Shown in pieces: positions 1 through 20,372 of a stretch of 64,000 bases of DNA. The notes under the pieces were generated by a model, which worked only from the letters and a program-made list of their open reading frames with translations, did not search any database and was not told where the DNA came from. The stretch is from the human T2T-CHM13v2.0 reference genome, Homo sapiens. Position 1 is the first letter of the stretch, and the number at the start of each line of letters is the position of its first letter. The stretch lies in NCBI RefSeq assembly GCF_009914755.1, contig NC_060935.1. The stretch is one strand, 5' to 3'. Made by a program: the position numbers and the translations under genes.

Positions 1-535
1 GAGGGGAGGCTAGATGGCTGGTAAAGTATTATCTCGGGTATGCTTGGGAGAGTGTTTCCAGGGGAGACTGACATTTTAGTCAGTGGACTGGGAAAGGAAG
101 ACCCATCCTCAATGAGGGTGGGCACCATCCAATCAGCTGCAAGCACAGCTAGAATAAAGCAGGTGGAAAAAGGTGGGATAAGTTTGCTTCCTGAGGCTTC
201 TGGCTCTCTTTCTTCTTCTTGAGCTGGACACTTGCTTCTGCTCTTCTTAGACATCAGACTCCAGATTTTTCAACCTTTGGACTCTGGGACTTGCACCAGT
301 GGCTTCCTGGGGTCTCTCTAGCTTTTGGCCACAGACTGAAGGCTGCACTGTCGGCTTTCCTGGGTGTGAGGTTTTCATAATTGGACTGAGCCACTACCAG
401 CTTCTTTCTTTCCCCATGCAGATGGCGTATCATGGGATTTCATTTTGTAACTGTGTGAGCCAATTCTCCCTAATAAATTCCCTTTTATATATGCATATAT
501 CCTATAGGTTCTGTCCTTCTGAAGAACTCTAACAC
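1..535 (+). mobile_element. MLT2-type (ERVL) LTR, cut by window edge
   Basis: Characteristic gtgggcaccatccaatcagctg and 3' end aataaattcc...ctgaagaactctaacaca. Confidence 0.75.
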
Positions 536-539
536 ATGG

Positions 540-1120
540 TGGAAAAACCTGAGAAACAGTAACTTGGCCAGATTTTAACATCAGTAGTGACAATTCATGT
601 TTTGATATAATGTGATAAAAATAGCACTTTACTTCTGTGGTCTTTATCCCCCAAAAATCCAAAACCCCACCTAATCATGAGAAAAAAATCACACAAATCT
701 CAGTTGAAGGACGGTCTTCAAAATGTCTGACCAGTACACCTTCAGACTGTTGAGGTCATCAAAAGCAAGGAGAGGCGGAGAAACTATCACAGCTGAGAGG
801 AGCTTAAGGATACATGAAGATTGAAATATAATGAAATGAAATGAAATAAAATAAGATAAAATGAAATGTGATGGACTGGAGGGAATCCTGAAACAGGAAA
901 AGTACCTTAGGTAAAACCTAAGGAAATCTGAATAAAGCATGGACTTTAGTTAATAGTAATGTGTCAGTATTGGTTCAATATTTTGACAAATATGTCATAC
1001 CAATGTTAGATATTTATAATAAGAAAAATTAGATATGGGATATAGGGAACTCTCTGTACTGCCTTTGCAAATTTTCTGTATGTATAAAACTATTTTAAAA
1101 GATAGAAGCTTATTTTTAAA
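540..1120 (+). mobile_element. Old L1M (L1MC-like) 3' end fragment
   Basis: aataaagcatggactttagttaatagtaatgtgtcagtattggtt and gggaactctctgtact...ttgcaaattttctgta motifs. Confidence 0.6.
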
Positions 1121-1616
1121 AGTCATATAGTCTGTCCACCTTCATCTAGGTATGGGAAAAGATTACAGAATGAACAAATTTTTAAATTACGATGCAGTCA
1201 AAAAATAAAGCTTGATGAAATCACAAAACAATTCATCTAAAATTCAGGGCCCCTGACAGAGGCAAATGTCAACTTATTCATCATAATACCTGTGCAAACA
1301 TAGCACTTCCACAGTACTTCTATAAAAAACAATTCTTGCCAAATATGAGCTCATAGGCAAAAATTACAAAACACACATGGAAATTCACCTTCATAAATGA
1401 GAGTTAACAGTTACAACAAACTGGAAAATTTGAGGTCAAGAAATCATAGAAAATAGTTCAATCTCTGAAGGACTTAGCAAATGACTTACCTGTTCAAAGA
1501 CATAAAAAGAAGGAATAGCGTTCACAATACAAGGAGAGACTATTAAGAGAAAAAAGCAGACATATTTCAAAAAGGAATATGCAGTCACACTAGGAATATA
1601 AGAAAACAGTCATTTG

Positions 1617-1753
1617 GGCCAGGGACAGTAGCTCACGCCTGTAATCCCAGCACTTTAGGAAGCTGAAGCAGGTAGTGAGTCACTTGAGGCCAGGAGTTAG
1701 AGACCAGCCTGGGCAAAATGGCAAGACCTCATCTTTACAAAAAATACAAAAGT
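1617..1753 (+). mobile_element. AluJ-like left arm (split by L1)
   Basis: Alu left monomer ending in A-rich linker; TSD AGTCATTTG at 1608-1616 matches 8129-8137. Confidence 0.85.
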
Positions 1754-4700
1754 CAGGATTCCCTCCAAGATGGCCAAATAGGAACAGCTCCAGTCTACAG
1801 CTCCCAGCATGAGTGACACAGAAGATGGGTGAATTCTGCATTTCCAACTGAGGTACAAGGTTCATCTCACTGGGACTTGTTGGACAGTGGATGCAGCCCA
1901 CAGAGTGGGAGCTGAAACAGGGTGGGGCATCACCTCACCTGGGAGGCACAAGGGGTCAGGGAATTCCCTTTCCTAGCCAAGGGAAGCCATGACAGACATT
2001 ACCCAGAAAATCGGGACACTCCCACCCTAATACTGCACTTTTCCAATGGTCTTAGCAAATGGCACACCAGGAGATTATATCCCGCACCTGGCTTGGAGAG
2101 TCCCATGACCACAGACCCTTGCTCACTGCTACCACAGCAGTCTGAGATCCAACTGCAAGGCAACAAGGAGGCTGGGAGAGGGGCATCCGCCATTGCTGAG
2201 ACTTGACTAGGTAAACAAAGTGACAGGAAGCTCGAACTGGGTGGAGCCAACCACAGCTCAAGGATGCCTGCCTGCCTCTGTAGACTCCACATCTAGGGAC
2301 AGGGCATAGCTGAAGAAAAGGCAGCAGAAACTTCTGCAGACTTAAACATCCCTGTCTGACAGCTTTGAAGAGAGTAGTGATTCTCCCAGCATGGAGTTTG
2401 AGACCTGATAACGGAGAGACTGCCTCCTCAAGTGGGTCCCAGACCCCCAAGTAGCCTAACTGGGAGACACCTCCCAGTAGGGGCCGACTGACACCTCATA
2501 CAGCTGGATGCCCCTCTGAGACGAAGTTTCCAGAGGAAGGATCAGAAAGCAACACTTGCTGTTCTGCAGTATTCACTGTTCTGCAGCCCCTGCTGGTGAT
2601 ACCCAGGCAAACAGGGTCTGGAGTGGACCTCTAGCAAACTCCAAGAGACCTGCAGCTGAGGGTCCTGAGTGTTAGAAGGAAAACTAACAAACAGAGAGGA
2701 ATAACATCACAGCAACAAAAAGGACATCCACACCAAAACCCCATCTGTAGGTCACCATCATCAAAGATGAAAGGTAGATAAAACCACAAAGATGGGGAGA
2801 AAGCAGAGCAGAAAAGTTGAAAATTCTGAAAATCAGAGCTCCTCTTCTCCTCCAAAGGAACACAGCTCCTCACCAGCAATGGAACAAAGCTGGATGGAGA
2901 ATAACTTTGATGAGCTGACAGAAGTAGGCTTCAGAAGATTGGTAATAACAAACCTCTCTGAGCTAAAGGAGGATGTTCAAACACATCACAAAGAAGCTAA
3001 AAACCTTGAAAAAAGATGAGATGAATGGTTAACTAGAATAAACAGCATAGAGAAGACCTTAAATGACCTGATGGAGCTGAAAACCATGGCAGGAGAACTA
3101 TGTGATGCATGCACAAGCTTCAGTAGCTGATTCGATCAAGCTTCAGTAGCCGATTCGATTCGATGAAAGAAAGGGTATCAGCAACTGAAGATCAAATGAA
3201 TGAAATGAAGTGAGAGGAGAAGTTTAGAGAAAAAAAGAGTAAAAAGAAACAAACAAAGCCTCCAAGAAACATGAGTCTATGTGAAAAGACCAAATCTACA
3301 TCGATTGGTGTACCTGAAAGTGATGGGGGGAATGGAACCAAGCTAGAAAACACTCTTCAGGATATTATCCAGGAGAACTTCCCAACCTAGTGAAGAAGGC
3401 CAACATTCAACTTCAGGAAATACAGAGAATGCCACAAAGATACTCCTCAAGAAGAGCAACTCCAAGACACATAATTGTCAGATTCACCAAGGTTGATATG
3501 AAGGAAAAAATGTTATGGGCAGCCAGAGAGAAAGGTCGGGTTACCAACAAATGGAAGCCCATCAGACTAACAGTGGATCTCTCGGCAGAAACTCTACAAG
3601 AAAGAAGAGAGTGGGGGCCAAGATTCAACATTCTTAAAGAAAAGAATTTTCAACCCAGAATTTCATATCCAGCCAAACTAAGCTTCATAAGTGAAGGAGA
3701 AACAAAATCCTTTACAGACAAGCAAATGCTGAGAGATTTTGTCACCACTAGGCTTGCCTTACAAGAGCTCCTAAAGGAAGCACTAAACATAGAAAGGAAC
3801 AACCGGTACCAGCCAATGCAAAAACATGCCAAATTGTAAAGACCATCGAGGCTAGGAAGAAACTGCATCAACTAACAAGCAAAATAACCAGCTAACGTCA
3901 TAATGACAGGATCCAATTCACACATAACAATATTAACCTTAAATGTAAATGGGCTAAATGCCCCATTTAAAAGACACAGGCTGGCAAGTTGGATAAAGAG
4001 TCAAGTCCCATCAGTGTGCTGTATTCAGGAGACCCATCTCACATGCAGAGACACACACAGGCTCAGAATAAAGGGATGGAGGAAGATCTACCAAGCAAAT
4101 GGAAAACAAAAAAATAGCAGGGGTTGCAATCCTAGTCTCGGATAAAACAGACTTTAAACCAACAAAGATCAAAAGAGACAAAGAAGGCCATTATATAATG
4201 GTAAAGGCATCAATTCAACAAGAAGAGCTAACTATCCTAAATATATATATGCACCCAATACAGGAGCACCCAGATTCATAAAGCAAGTCCTTAGAGACCT
4301 ACAAAGAGACTTAGACTCCCACACAATAAAAATGGGAGACTTTAACACCCCACTGTCAACATTAGACAGATCAACTAGAGAGAAGTTAACAAGGATATCC
4401 AGGAATTGAACACAGCTCTGCACCAAGCAGACCTAATAGACATCTACAGAACTCTCCACCCCAAATCAACAGAATATACATTCTTCTCAGAACCACATCA
4501 CACTTATTCCAAAATTGACCACATAGTTGGAAGTAAAGCACTTCTCAGCAAATGTAAAAGAACAAAAATTATAACAAACTGTCTCTCAGAACACAGTGCA
4601 AACAAATTAGAACTCAGGATTAAGAAACTCACTCAAAAACCGGACAACTACATGGAAACTGAACAATCTGCTCCTGAATGATTACTGGATAAATAGCGAA

Positions 4701-7700
4701 AAGAAGGCAGAAATAAAGATATTCTTTGAAACCAATGAGAACAAAGACACAACATACCAGAATCTCTGGGACACATTTAAAGCAGTGTGTAGAGGGAAAT
4801 TTATAGCACTAAATGCCCACAAGAGAAAGCAGGAAAGATCTAAAATTGACACCCTAACATCACAATTAAAAGAACTGGAGAAGCAAGAGCAAACACATTT
4901 AAAAGTTAGCAGAAGGCAAGAAATAACTAAGATCAGAGCAGAACTGAAGGACTTAGAGACACACAAAAACATTCAAAAAATCAATGAATCGAGGAGCTGG
5001 TTTTTTGAAAAGATCAACAAAATTGATAGAATGCTAGCAAGATTAACAAAGAAGAAAAGAGAGAAGAATCAAATAGATGCAATAAAAAATGATAAAAGGG
5101 ATATCACCACTGATCCCACAGAAATACGAACTAACATCAGAGAATACTATAAACACCTCTATGCAAATAAACTAGAAAATCTAGAAGAAATGGATAAATT
5201 CCTGGATGCATACATCCTCCCAAGACTAAACCAGGAAGAAGTTGAATCTCTGAATAGACCAATAACAGGCTCTGAAATTGAGGCAATAATAATAGCCTAC
5301 CAACCAAAAAAAGTCCAGGACCAGATGGACTCACAATCAAATTTTACCAGAGGTACAAAGAGGAGCTGGGACCATTGCTTCTGAAATTATTCCAATCAAC
5401 AGAAAAAGAGGGAACCCTCCCTTACTCATTTTATGAGGCCAACATCATCCTGATACCAAAGCCTGGCAGAGACACAACAAAAAAAGAGAATTTTAGACCA
5501 GTATCCTTGATGAACATCAATGCAAGAATCCTCACTAAAATACTGGCAAACTGAATCTGGCAACACATCAAAAAGCTTATCCACCATGATCAAGTGGGCT
5601 TCATCCCTGGGATGCAAGGCTGGTTCAAATATGCAAATCAATAAACATACTCCAGCATATAAACAGAACCAAAGACAAAAACCACATGATTATCTCAACA
5701 GACACAGAAAATGCCTTTGACAAAATTCAACAACGCTTCATGCTAAAAACTCTCAATAAATTAGGTATTGATGGGACGTATCTCAAAATAATAAGAGCTA
5801 TCTATGACAAACCCACAGCCAATATCATACTGAATGGACAAAAGCTGGAAGCTTTCCCTTTGAAAACTGGCACAAGACAGGGATGCCCTCTCTCACCACT
5901 CCTATTCAACATAGTGTTGGAAGTTCTGGCCAGGGCAATCAGGCCCGAGAAGGAAATAAAGGGTATTCAATTAGGAAAAGAGGAAGTCAAATTGTCCCTG
6001 TTTGCAGATGACATGATTGTATATGTAGAAAACCCAGTCGTCTCAGCCCAAAATCTCCTTAAGCTGATAAGCAATTTCAGCAAAGTCTCAGGATACAAAA
6101 TGTGCAAAAATCACAAGCATTCCTATACAACAATAATAGACAAACAGAGAGCCAAATCATGAGTGAACTCCCATTCACAATTCCTTCAAAGACAATAAAA
6201 TACCTAGGAATCCAACTTACAAGGGATGTGAAGGACCTCTTCAAGGAGAACTACAAACCACTGCTCAACAAAATAAAAGAGGACAAAAACAAACGGAAGA
6301 ACATTCCATGCTCGTGGGGAGGAAGAATGAATATCGTGAAAATGGCCATACTGCCCAAGGTAATTTATAGATTCAATGCCATCCCTATCAAGCTACCAAT
6401 GACTTTCCTCATAGAATTGAAAAAACTACTTTAAAGTTCATATGGAACCAATAAAGAGCCTGCATTGCCAAGACAATTCTAAGCAAAAAGAACAAAGCTG
6501 GAGGCATCACGCTACCTGATTTCAAACTATACTACAAGGCTACAGTAACCAAAACAGCATGGTACTGCTACCAAAACAGAGATATAGACCAATGGAACAG
6601 AACAGAGCCCTCAGAAATAATACCATACATCTACAACCATCTGATCTTTGAGAAACCTGACAAAAACAAGAAATGGGGAAAGGATTCCCTATTTAATAAA
6701 TGGTGCTGGGAAAACTGGATAGCCATATGTAGAAAGCTGAAACTGGATCCCTTCCTTACACCTTATATGAAAATTAATTCAACATGGATTAAAGACTTAA
6801 ATGTTAGACCTAAAACCATAAAAACCCTAGAAGAAAACCGAGGTAATACCATTCAGGACATAGGCATGGGCAAGGACTTCATAACTAAAACACCAAAAGC
6901 AATGGCAACAAAAGCCAAAATTGACAAATGAGATCTAATTAAATTAAGAGCTTCTGCACAGCAAAGGAAACTACCATCAGAGTGAACAGGAAACCTACAG
7001 AATGGGAGAAAGTTTTTGCAATCTCTCCATCTGACAAAGGGCTAATATCCAGAATCTACAAAGAACTTAAACAAATTTGCAAGAAAAAATGAAACCACTC
7101 CATCAAAAAGTGGGTGAAGTATATGAACAGACACTTCTCAAAAGAAGACATTTATGCAGCCAAAAGACACTTGAAAAAAAAGCTCACCATCACTGGCCAT
7201 CAGAGAAATGCAAATCAAAACCACAATGAGATACCATCTCACACCAGTTAGAATGGCAATTGTTAAAAAGTCAGGAAACAACAGGTGCTGGAGAGGATGT
7301 GGAGAAATAGCAACACTTTTACACTGTTGGTGGAACTGTAAACTAGTTCAACCATTGTGGAAGTCAGTGTGGCAATTCCTCAAGGATCTAGAACTAGAAA
7401 TATCATTTGACCCAGCCATCCCATTATTGGGTACATACCCAAAGGATTATAAATCATGCTGCTCTAAAGACGTATGCACATGTATGTTTATTGCAGCACT
7501 ATTCACAATAGCAAAAACTTGGAGCCAACCCAAATGTCCATCAATGATAGACTGGATTAAGAAAATGTGGCACACATACACCATGGAATACTATGCAGCC
7601 GTAAAAAAGGATGAGTTCATGTCCTTTGCGGGGACATGGATGAAGCTGGGAACCATCATTCTGAGCAAACTATCACAAGGACAGAAAACCAAACACCGCA

Positions 7701-7941
7701 TGTTCTCACTCATAGGTGGTAATTGAACAATGAGAACACTTGGATACAGAGTGGGGAACATTATACACTGGGGCCTGTTGTGGGGTGGGGGGAGGGGAGA
7801 GGGATAGCATTAGGAGAAATACCTAATGTAAATGATGACTTAATGGGTGCAGCACACCAGCATGGCACATGTATACATATGTAACAAACCTGCACGTTGT
7901 GCCCATGTACCCTAGAACTTAAAAGTATAATAAAAAAAAAA
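1754..7941 (+). mobile_element. Full-length decayed L1PA (about L1PA5-6), L1-1
   Basis: 5' UTR caagatggcc, ORF1 2792-3839 and ORF2 from 3903 broken by stops/frameshifts (EN, RT FADD, C-rich domains recognisable), 3' UTR and poly(A). Confidence 0.95.
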
Positions 7942-7960
7942 GTAAGAAAATTTTAAAAAG

Positions 7961-8129
7961 TTAGCTGGGTGTGGTGGCACATGCCTGTAGTCCCAGCTAA
8001 CTCTGGAGGCCGAGGCAAAGAGGATCGCTTGAACACAGGAGGTTGGGGCTATTGTGAGCCATGATTCCACCACTGCAGTCCAGCCTGGGTGACAGAGTGA
8101 AACTCTGTCTTGAAAAAAAAAAAAAAAAA
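7961..8129 (+). mobile_element. AluJ-like right arm
   Basis: ttagctgggtgtggtggcac... to poly(A), followed by the TSD copy. Confidence 0.85.
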
Positions 8130-8351
8130 GTCATTTGAATTTCTTAAAATGCAATAAGTAGTAGACTTGATTCAGCTAAAGAGAGAAGGGATGGAATAAA
8201 ATATCTCCAGAAATTATATAGGTGTAACACAGAGACGTAAAGAGATGAAAAATATGAAAGAGAAATTGAGAGTCAAAGGAGATCTAATAGGAAGCTCCCA
8301 AAAAATGACAGTATTCCAGAGTGAGGAACAGAGAAAATGGGGATAGGTAAT

Positions 8352-8785
8352 TTATATGGTTTGGATGTTTGTCCTCTCCAAATCCCATGTTGAAATGTGA
8401 TTCCCAATGTTGGAGGTGGGGTGTGGTGGGAGGTGATTGGATCATGGGGATGAATCCCTCATGAATGGTTTTGCAACATCCCCTTGGTGGTAAGTGAGTT
8501 CTCTCTCCATTAGTTCATGCACGATCTGGTTGTTTAAAAAAAAATCTGGGACCTCCCCACCGCTCCCTTGCTCCCACTCTCGCCATGTGACATGCCTGTC
8601 TCTGATCCCACTTCGTCTTCTACCATGAGTAAAAGCTCCCTGAGGCCCTCACCGGAAGTCAGGCAGACACCAGTGCCAAGTTTCTCGTAAAGCCTGCAGA
8701 ACCATGAGCTAATTAAACCTCTTTTCTTCATAAATTACCCAGCCTCAGATACTTCTGTAGAGAAACACAAAAATGGACTAATGCA
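8352..8785 (+). mobile_element. MST-type MaLR solo LTR
   Basis: atatggtttggatgtttgtc...aaatggactaatgca ends; near 5-bp TSD gtaat/gtgat. Confidence 0.85.
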
Positions 8786-8954
8786 GTGATATTCAATATG
8801 ACAATGTCATGTTATTTTTCAGAACTGTAAAAACTATAAATCTTTAGAGTGAGGATCATAGAGTTCTAAACAGAATAAACAAGAACAAGTATGCACACAA
8901 ATACTCAATAGTAAAAATTCAAAACATCAAAGATGAAATCTTAAAAGCTACCTA

Positions 8955-9420
8955 CAAATGAACCTGAAGAACTTTATGTCAAGTGAAATGAGCCAGGCAG
9001 AGAAATACAAATACTGCATGATTTCATTTATATGTGGAATCTAAAAAGTTGAACTCATAGAAGTAGACAGTAGAATGGTGGTTACCAGGGGCTGGGTCAT
9101 GCCAAGAGGGAGGTGAGAGAAATGAGATGTTGGTCAAAGGGCACAAAGCTTTAGTTAGCTAGACAGGATGAATAAATGCTGGAATCACAGCACAATGACT
9201 ACAGTTAGTAATAATGTAGGATATACTTGAAAATTGCTAAGAGTAGATCTTAAATATTCTCTCCACTAGTAAAATGATTATTATATGAGATAATGGGTTT
9301 GTTGATTATCTTGATTTAATCCTTTCACAATGGATATTTATATCAAAATGTTACACTGTGCACCAAAAATCTATATAATTTTTATTTGTCAATTATGCCC
9401 TAATAAAGCTAGAAAACAAA
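8955..9420 (+). mobile_element. L1MA/MB 3' fragment
   Basis: aagtgaaatgagccaggcagagaaatacaaatactgcatg...aataaagct motifs. Confidence 0.7.
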
Positions 9421-9679
9421 AAATCAGATAAAATAAAAAGGAAGTATTTTTCCTACCAAGGAAAGATATTCCAACAGCAGATTCTGCGTCATTAATAACA
9501 GATGCCAGAAACAATAAAATAAGGTTCTAAGAGTGTTAAGGGAAAATGACAGTCAACCTGCTATTCATCACACAGCTAAACTAATATTCCAGAGTGAGTG
9601 CATAGTAAAGTGACTTTTAGACTTTCAAAGTCTGAGAGTGATTACTTCCTATAATCTTTGCTATAACTAATACATCAGA

Positions 9680-10160
9680 CTGGTTCCTTTTTGATATCCA
9701 TTCCAATGTCTTTCTTACATTGCAGAGGCTGGAATGCTTTAAAAAAAATGACATATCCTGAACCCTTTTGTAGTTAGTGATCTGCATGTGACCCAGGTTC
9801 TGGTAGGGGACAAACTCACAGGGACTTGGAAGGCAAAAGAGCTAGTAGAGGCTGTGAGAAGGTCAAAGAGCTCTTCTAATGAACACTAAGTTGGGGGCAT
9901 TTGGTTCATTTGTGGCATCTGCAACAGAGATTCTACTATCATAAGTGTTCATTGATAACCAATTGCAGCAATAGGTTTTCTTCCAGTGCAGTCCCATAGA
10001 ATAATTGGGCATTTCTCTTGGCTGACTACTTCTGCTTGTTAAACTTCCAAACCCCTCTAGTGTTCCTGACAATCTTGTAATCTCTCTAATATTATGTAAA
10101 ATTGCTTTTACATTTAAGCTAGCTAGAATGATTTTTGTTTTCTACAACAAAGAACAGTGA
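9680..10160 (+). mobile_element. Degenerate ERVL-class LTR (LTR33/LTR16-like)
   Basis: gcagaggctggaa...catgtgacccaggttctgg pattern and LTR-like 3' end. Confidence 0.45.
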
Positions 10161-10779
10161 TCAATAAAGAATTCATTCCAGAAATGGTGGCAGACTACAG
10201 ATTTTAAGGACATGGGAATCTGGAATTTATTCTTATTTCATAGGGTTTGAAGGCAATGAAGATTGGGTAGCATTACAGGATGAGGCACAGGTGTCCCAGA
10301 GCATACAGTGGCCAAGCAGTCACCATTCACATTTCCACCAAACGTGAATTTGTGAGGGGTCAAATGATAAAGGGAATTTCGACTTATGTCCTGCTCATGA
10401 GTTGGGGGCATGCATCTAGCCTGTAGTTAGTCCCTGACTTCCTAAGTGTAGAGTTGGAATACTTAAAACTGGCAGAATCTACACTTGAGAACAATTACAG
10501 CAGTGTCACATGCAGGCCCCTGAAGCTTCTCCTCCCAGTGAAGACAGTAAACCAAAAGCAATATCGCCTCCTTGGAGGAACCACGAAGGCTTGTGCCAAC
10601 CTCAAATATTTGAAAGGCATGGAGATTGGGATTCCTATTAAAGCCTATTGGAGTCACTTGCTTGGTCTCTACCTAAGACAGATGGGTCTTAGTTCTCATA
10701 CATAGAACTGGGAATAAGCAAAGTATCCAGTTTCTCAGCCGAAGTGCTGGAAAATAGAAGAGAAAAGAGAAATGCTGAT

Positions 10780-11288
10780 TGGCAGCATAATGGCTTCCTA
10801 ATGATGTTCATCCCAACCCCTAGAAGCCATGAATATGTTCAGGCAAAGGAAAAGTAAGTTTGCAGATGGATTTAAGGTTACTAATTAGTTGACTTTAAGA
10901 CAGTATTAGATTATCCTGGATTACTAGGTAGATCCAATGTAATCACAAAAGTCCTGAAAAGTAGAAGGCAGGGGCAGAAGAAGCAAGTCAGGGAAATATG
11001 ACTATAAAAGAAGTTCAGAAAGGTACAAAGTGGATGGCTTTGAAGCTGGAGGAAGGGACCAAGGGCCATGGGATATGGACAGTCAAAAAGAGCTGAAAAA
11101 GGCAAGGAGACGGATGCTTCCCAGAGCCAGTAGAAAGGAGTGCAGCACTGCTGATGCCTTAATTTTAGCTCCAGGACACCTGTGTCAGACTTCTGATGTA
11201 CCTACAGAACTGTAAGAGAATCCATTTGTGTTGTTTAAGCAACTTAGACTGTGGTAACTTGTTAAGGCAGAAATATAAAACTAATACA
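10780..11288 (+). mobile_element. MLT1 (MLT1D-like) MaLR solo LTR
   Basis: gattatcctggattac...ccaatgtaatcacaa and terminal aaactaataca. Confidence 0.8.
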
Positions 11289-12711
11289 AATGTCTTCAAA
11301 ATTCTAAGAGAAAATGCTTTTCAACCTACTATCCTGTATTTAGACATACTACTAATTAAATGTGAGTTTAAACTAAAGACATTTTCAGGCATGCAAGGGC
11401 TCAAAAAAATGAGGTCCTATGCACCTAAGCAGTCTTGGGAAACTGCTGAAAGATATGGACTTCCAAAATAAGGGAGTAAACTAAATAAAAGGAAGACAGG
11501 AACCTTGGAAACTTGACTATAGCTAACATTGGAGAAAGTAGGAAAGTCCTGGGAGAACAGGTATTCTGCAGATGTGGAGAGCAACTAGCCTAGAGCAAAG
11601 CAGTATAGATAGCTTAGGAGGTTGAAGGGAACCAGTTCTGGTGGTGGCTGGCAGAGCACTCGATGTGTGTGACCATGTCACAAAGGAGTTTTAACTTGGC
11701 AGTGAACTGTATTTGCATGTTTTAATAATGCAAATATAGATGAAATTTGATTGGAAGGATCTAGGGAAGAAAAGTGAAGGCCTAGACCTCTAGGCCTCCA
11801 TTTTCATTGGCTTACTGTTTGTTTGTTTGTACACCACAGGGTTACAGAATTGGATTGATCATACTCCAAATCTGGCAATCTTTTAATGTTGGTCCATGTA
11901 TGACCTGCTTTTAGCCATTGGTTATTTTAAATAATGTAATAAGAACACATGAACTCACTGCCCAAAACAAAATCTAGAACCTAGACAATTATCTAACCTT
12001 GTCCCCACCCCATACTAACCCAATACCCCTTCTCCCCCATCTGAGGTCACCAACGTCCTGAATTCGGTGTTCAAGATTCCTTTGCCTTCCTCATATTTCA
12101 GCTGAAGATCTTAAATTCACGACTAGTCTGAAGACAGCATCCCCAGTGGACTAGATGCAGAAATAAGGAAGGAGCTATTAAAATCAACCACTTGTCCCGA
12201 TGAAGTAGAAGATAGCTTCTTCTCTGCAAGAGAGTTTATAAAACCTCAAAAGGAGACTAAGCTCCAGAGTTTTCTCACATTAAACACATCATTGTTGTTT
12301 TTTTATTCTTTCAAAAATGCACCTAGCATTGCATGTATTTCATTTCTTCCTTCCCTAACTACTCCTTGAAATGAAAGAGAATTGGGGGGTGCACAGAGAT
12401 GCAGAAGATGATGAAGTAAGATGTAACGATCAGCACTAGGAGGCTGGCAGCATCCACCTGCCATCTTTAGGCTACACTCTAAGCCAGGCATGTTTCACCA
12501 GTGGAAGCTTCAAGACCCGCAGTCTTCTCAGATTTCTCCCTGAATCCAGACACCTCAGAAGGACTCCTATCACCTAGAGGTCTGTGTAGCACATCACAGC
12601 AAGCTTAGTAGCAGTGAGGGTTTAGTGGCATTCTACCTGTGCTACCTGAGGACCTTTAGGCCCAGGCTGGCTATGGAATGGCTGTTTTCCTTGGCAACCT
12701 GCCATCATCAG

Positions 12712-13128
12712 TGATGCAGTTTAGATATTTGTCCCCTCCAAATCTCATGTTGAAATTTGATCTCCAATGTTGGAAGTGCGGCATGGTGGGAAGTATTTGG
12801 CTTATGGGGACAGATCCCTCATGACCAGGTTTGTGCCATCCTTGTGGTAATGCATGAGTTCTCACTCTATTAGTTCCTGGGGGAACTGACTGTTAAAAAG
12901 AACCAGGCACCTCCCTCCTCTGTCTTGCTTCCTTCCTCTCGTCATGTGATGCCTGGTCCCTTCGCCTTCTGCCATGAATAGAGCTTCCTGAGGTCCCTCA
13001 CCAGTGGCAGATGCTGATGCTATGCTTCCTGTATGGCCTTCAGAACTGTGAGCCAAATAAATCTCTTTTCTTCATAAATTACCCAGTCTCAAGTATTCCT
13101 TTACAGCAACTCAAAATGGACTAAGACA
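12712..13128 (+). mobile_element. MST-type MaLR solo LTR
   Basis: TG...CA ends (tgatgcagtttagata...ggactaagaca), near TSD atcag/atcaa. Confidence 0.85.
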
Positions 13129-13412
13129 ATCAAGCAGGCTTCAGCAAATTGGGAGTCACTTAGAAGCTTTTTTGGAAGACAATTCTAACCAGAATTAACT
13201 TCACAACGCAGTCATAGATCTTGCCTGTACTAAAATGATGGATTCCTTGACCACTGAGCTGCAAGAGGCTTTGGAGCTCATCTAGTCAAGCATTTCCCAA
13301 AGTATCTAACTCAAGCACTAGTTTTTTAGGATGGTTGGTAGATTTTACCAAAAAAGGTATCTCTTAATCAGGGAAATTTGGAGAATCCTAGATTTTTTAA
13401 AAATTAAGATTC

Positions 13413-19560
<6,148 letters not shown>

Positions 19561-19619
19561 TAAGATTCTATTCTACATACCTTCTCAGAACCTAATCTCC
19601 AAAAGGATAGCCTTTTCCC

Positions 19620-19790
19620 AGTTTAGCTGTGCATGACCTTTAGCAGGCTGCCTAAGTTGGCTGAGCCTCTGTTTCCTCATCTGCAATAATAATGCCCACC
19701 TTGGAGGACTGCTGTGAAGGTCAGTGAGATAATGAGCTCTGAGGCATTTAACGCAATACTGCACATAGACGGTGGTAACAAATTCTTAGT
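19620..19790 (+). mobile_element. MIR fragment
   Basis: ctgagcctctgtttcctcatctg MIR core. Confidence 0.65.
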
Positions 19791-20372
19791 TCCTCTCCTT
19801 CGCCTACACCTTTCATTTTTCTTTCAAATTTTCCTCTAGGCTTAGCAAATTACCCCTATTTACAACCTTCTGTGAAATTGTTTGAAACTAATTTTCTGAA
19901 CTCTGAATGGCATCAGGTAATTATGTATGTAATGAAGGCTTACCCAGCTTACCTGGTAGGATAGTAGGACCCCAGGCTACAGTGGCAGAATGGTAAACAC
20001 AGGGAATGTGGTGTGCACTGCACACTGCCAAATGGGAGAATTGCTCTCAAGGCTTGAGTGGCAGCTTTGCCTCATCCTGAGTCACTGAGGAACAGATGGA
20101 GTCCCAGGTTAAAACATGCAGCACAGATTGTAAATACAAAAGAGGGAACTTGGGCAGCTGATCAATGGAAGAAACACTAGACAAAGAGGCAGAGGTTCCT
20201 CAACTGGCTATTTAATTTCTCAGGGCTTGAATCTCAGCATCTGTAAAATGCAGGATTGAGTCGATACTCTTCATGCTCCCTTCCTCTAATCCCTGCTGAC
20301 CCCGTTTTAAAGGTTACCAGTTGTGACATAATTGCAAATCCAAGAGGCACAGTCCACAAACCTGAAGTAAAT

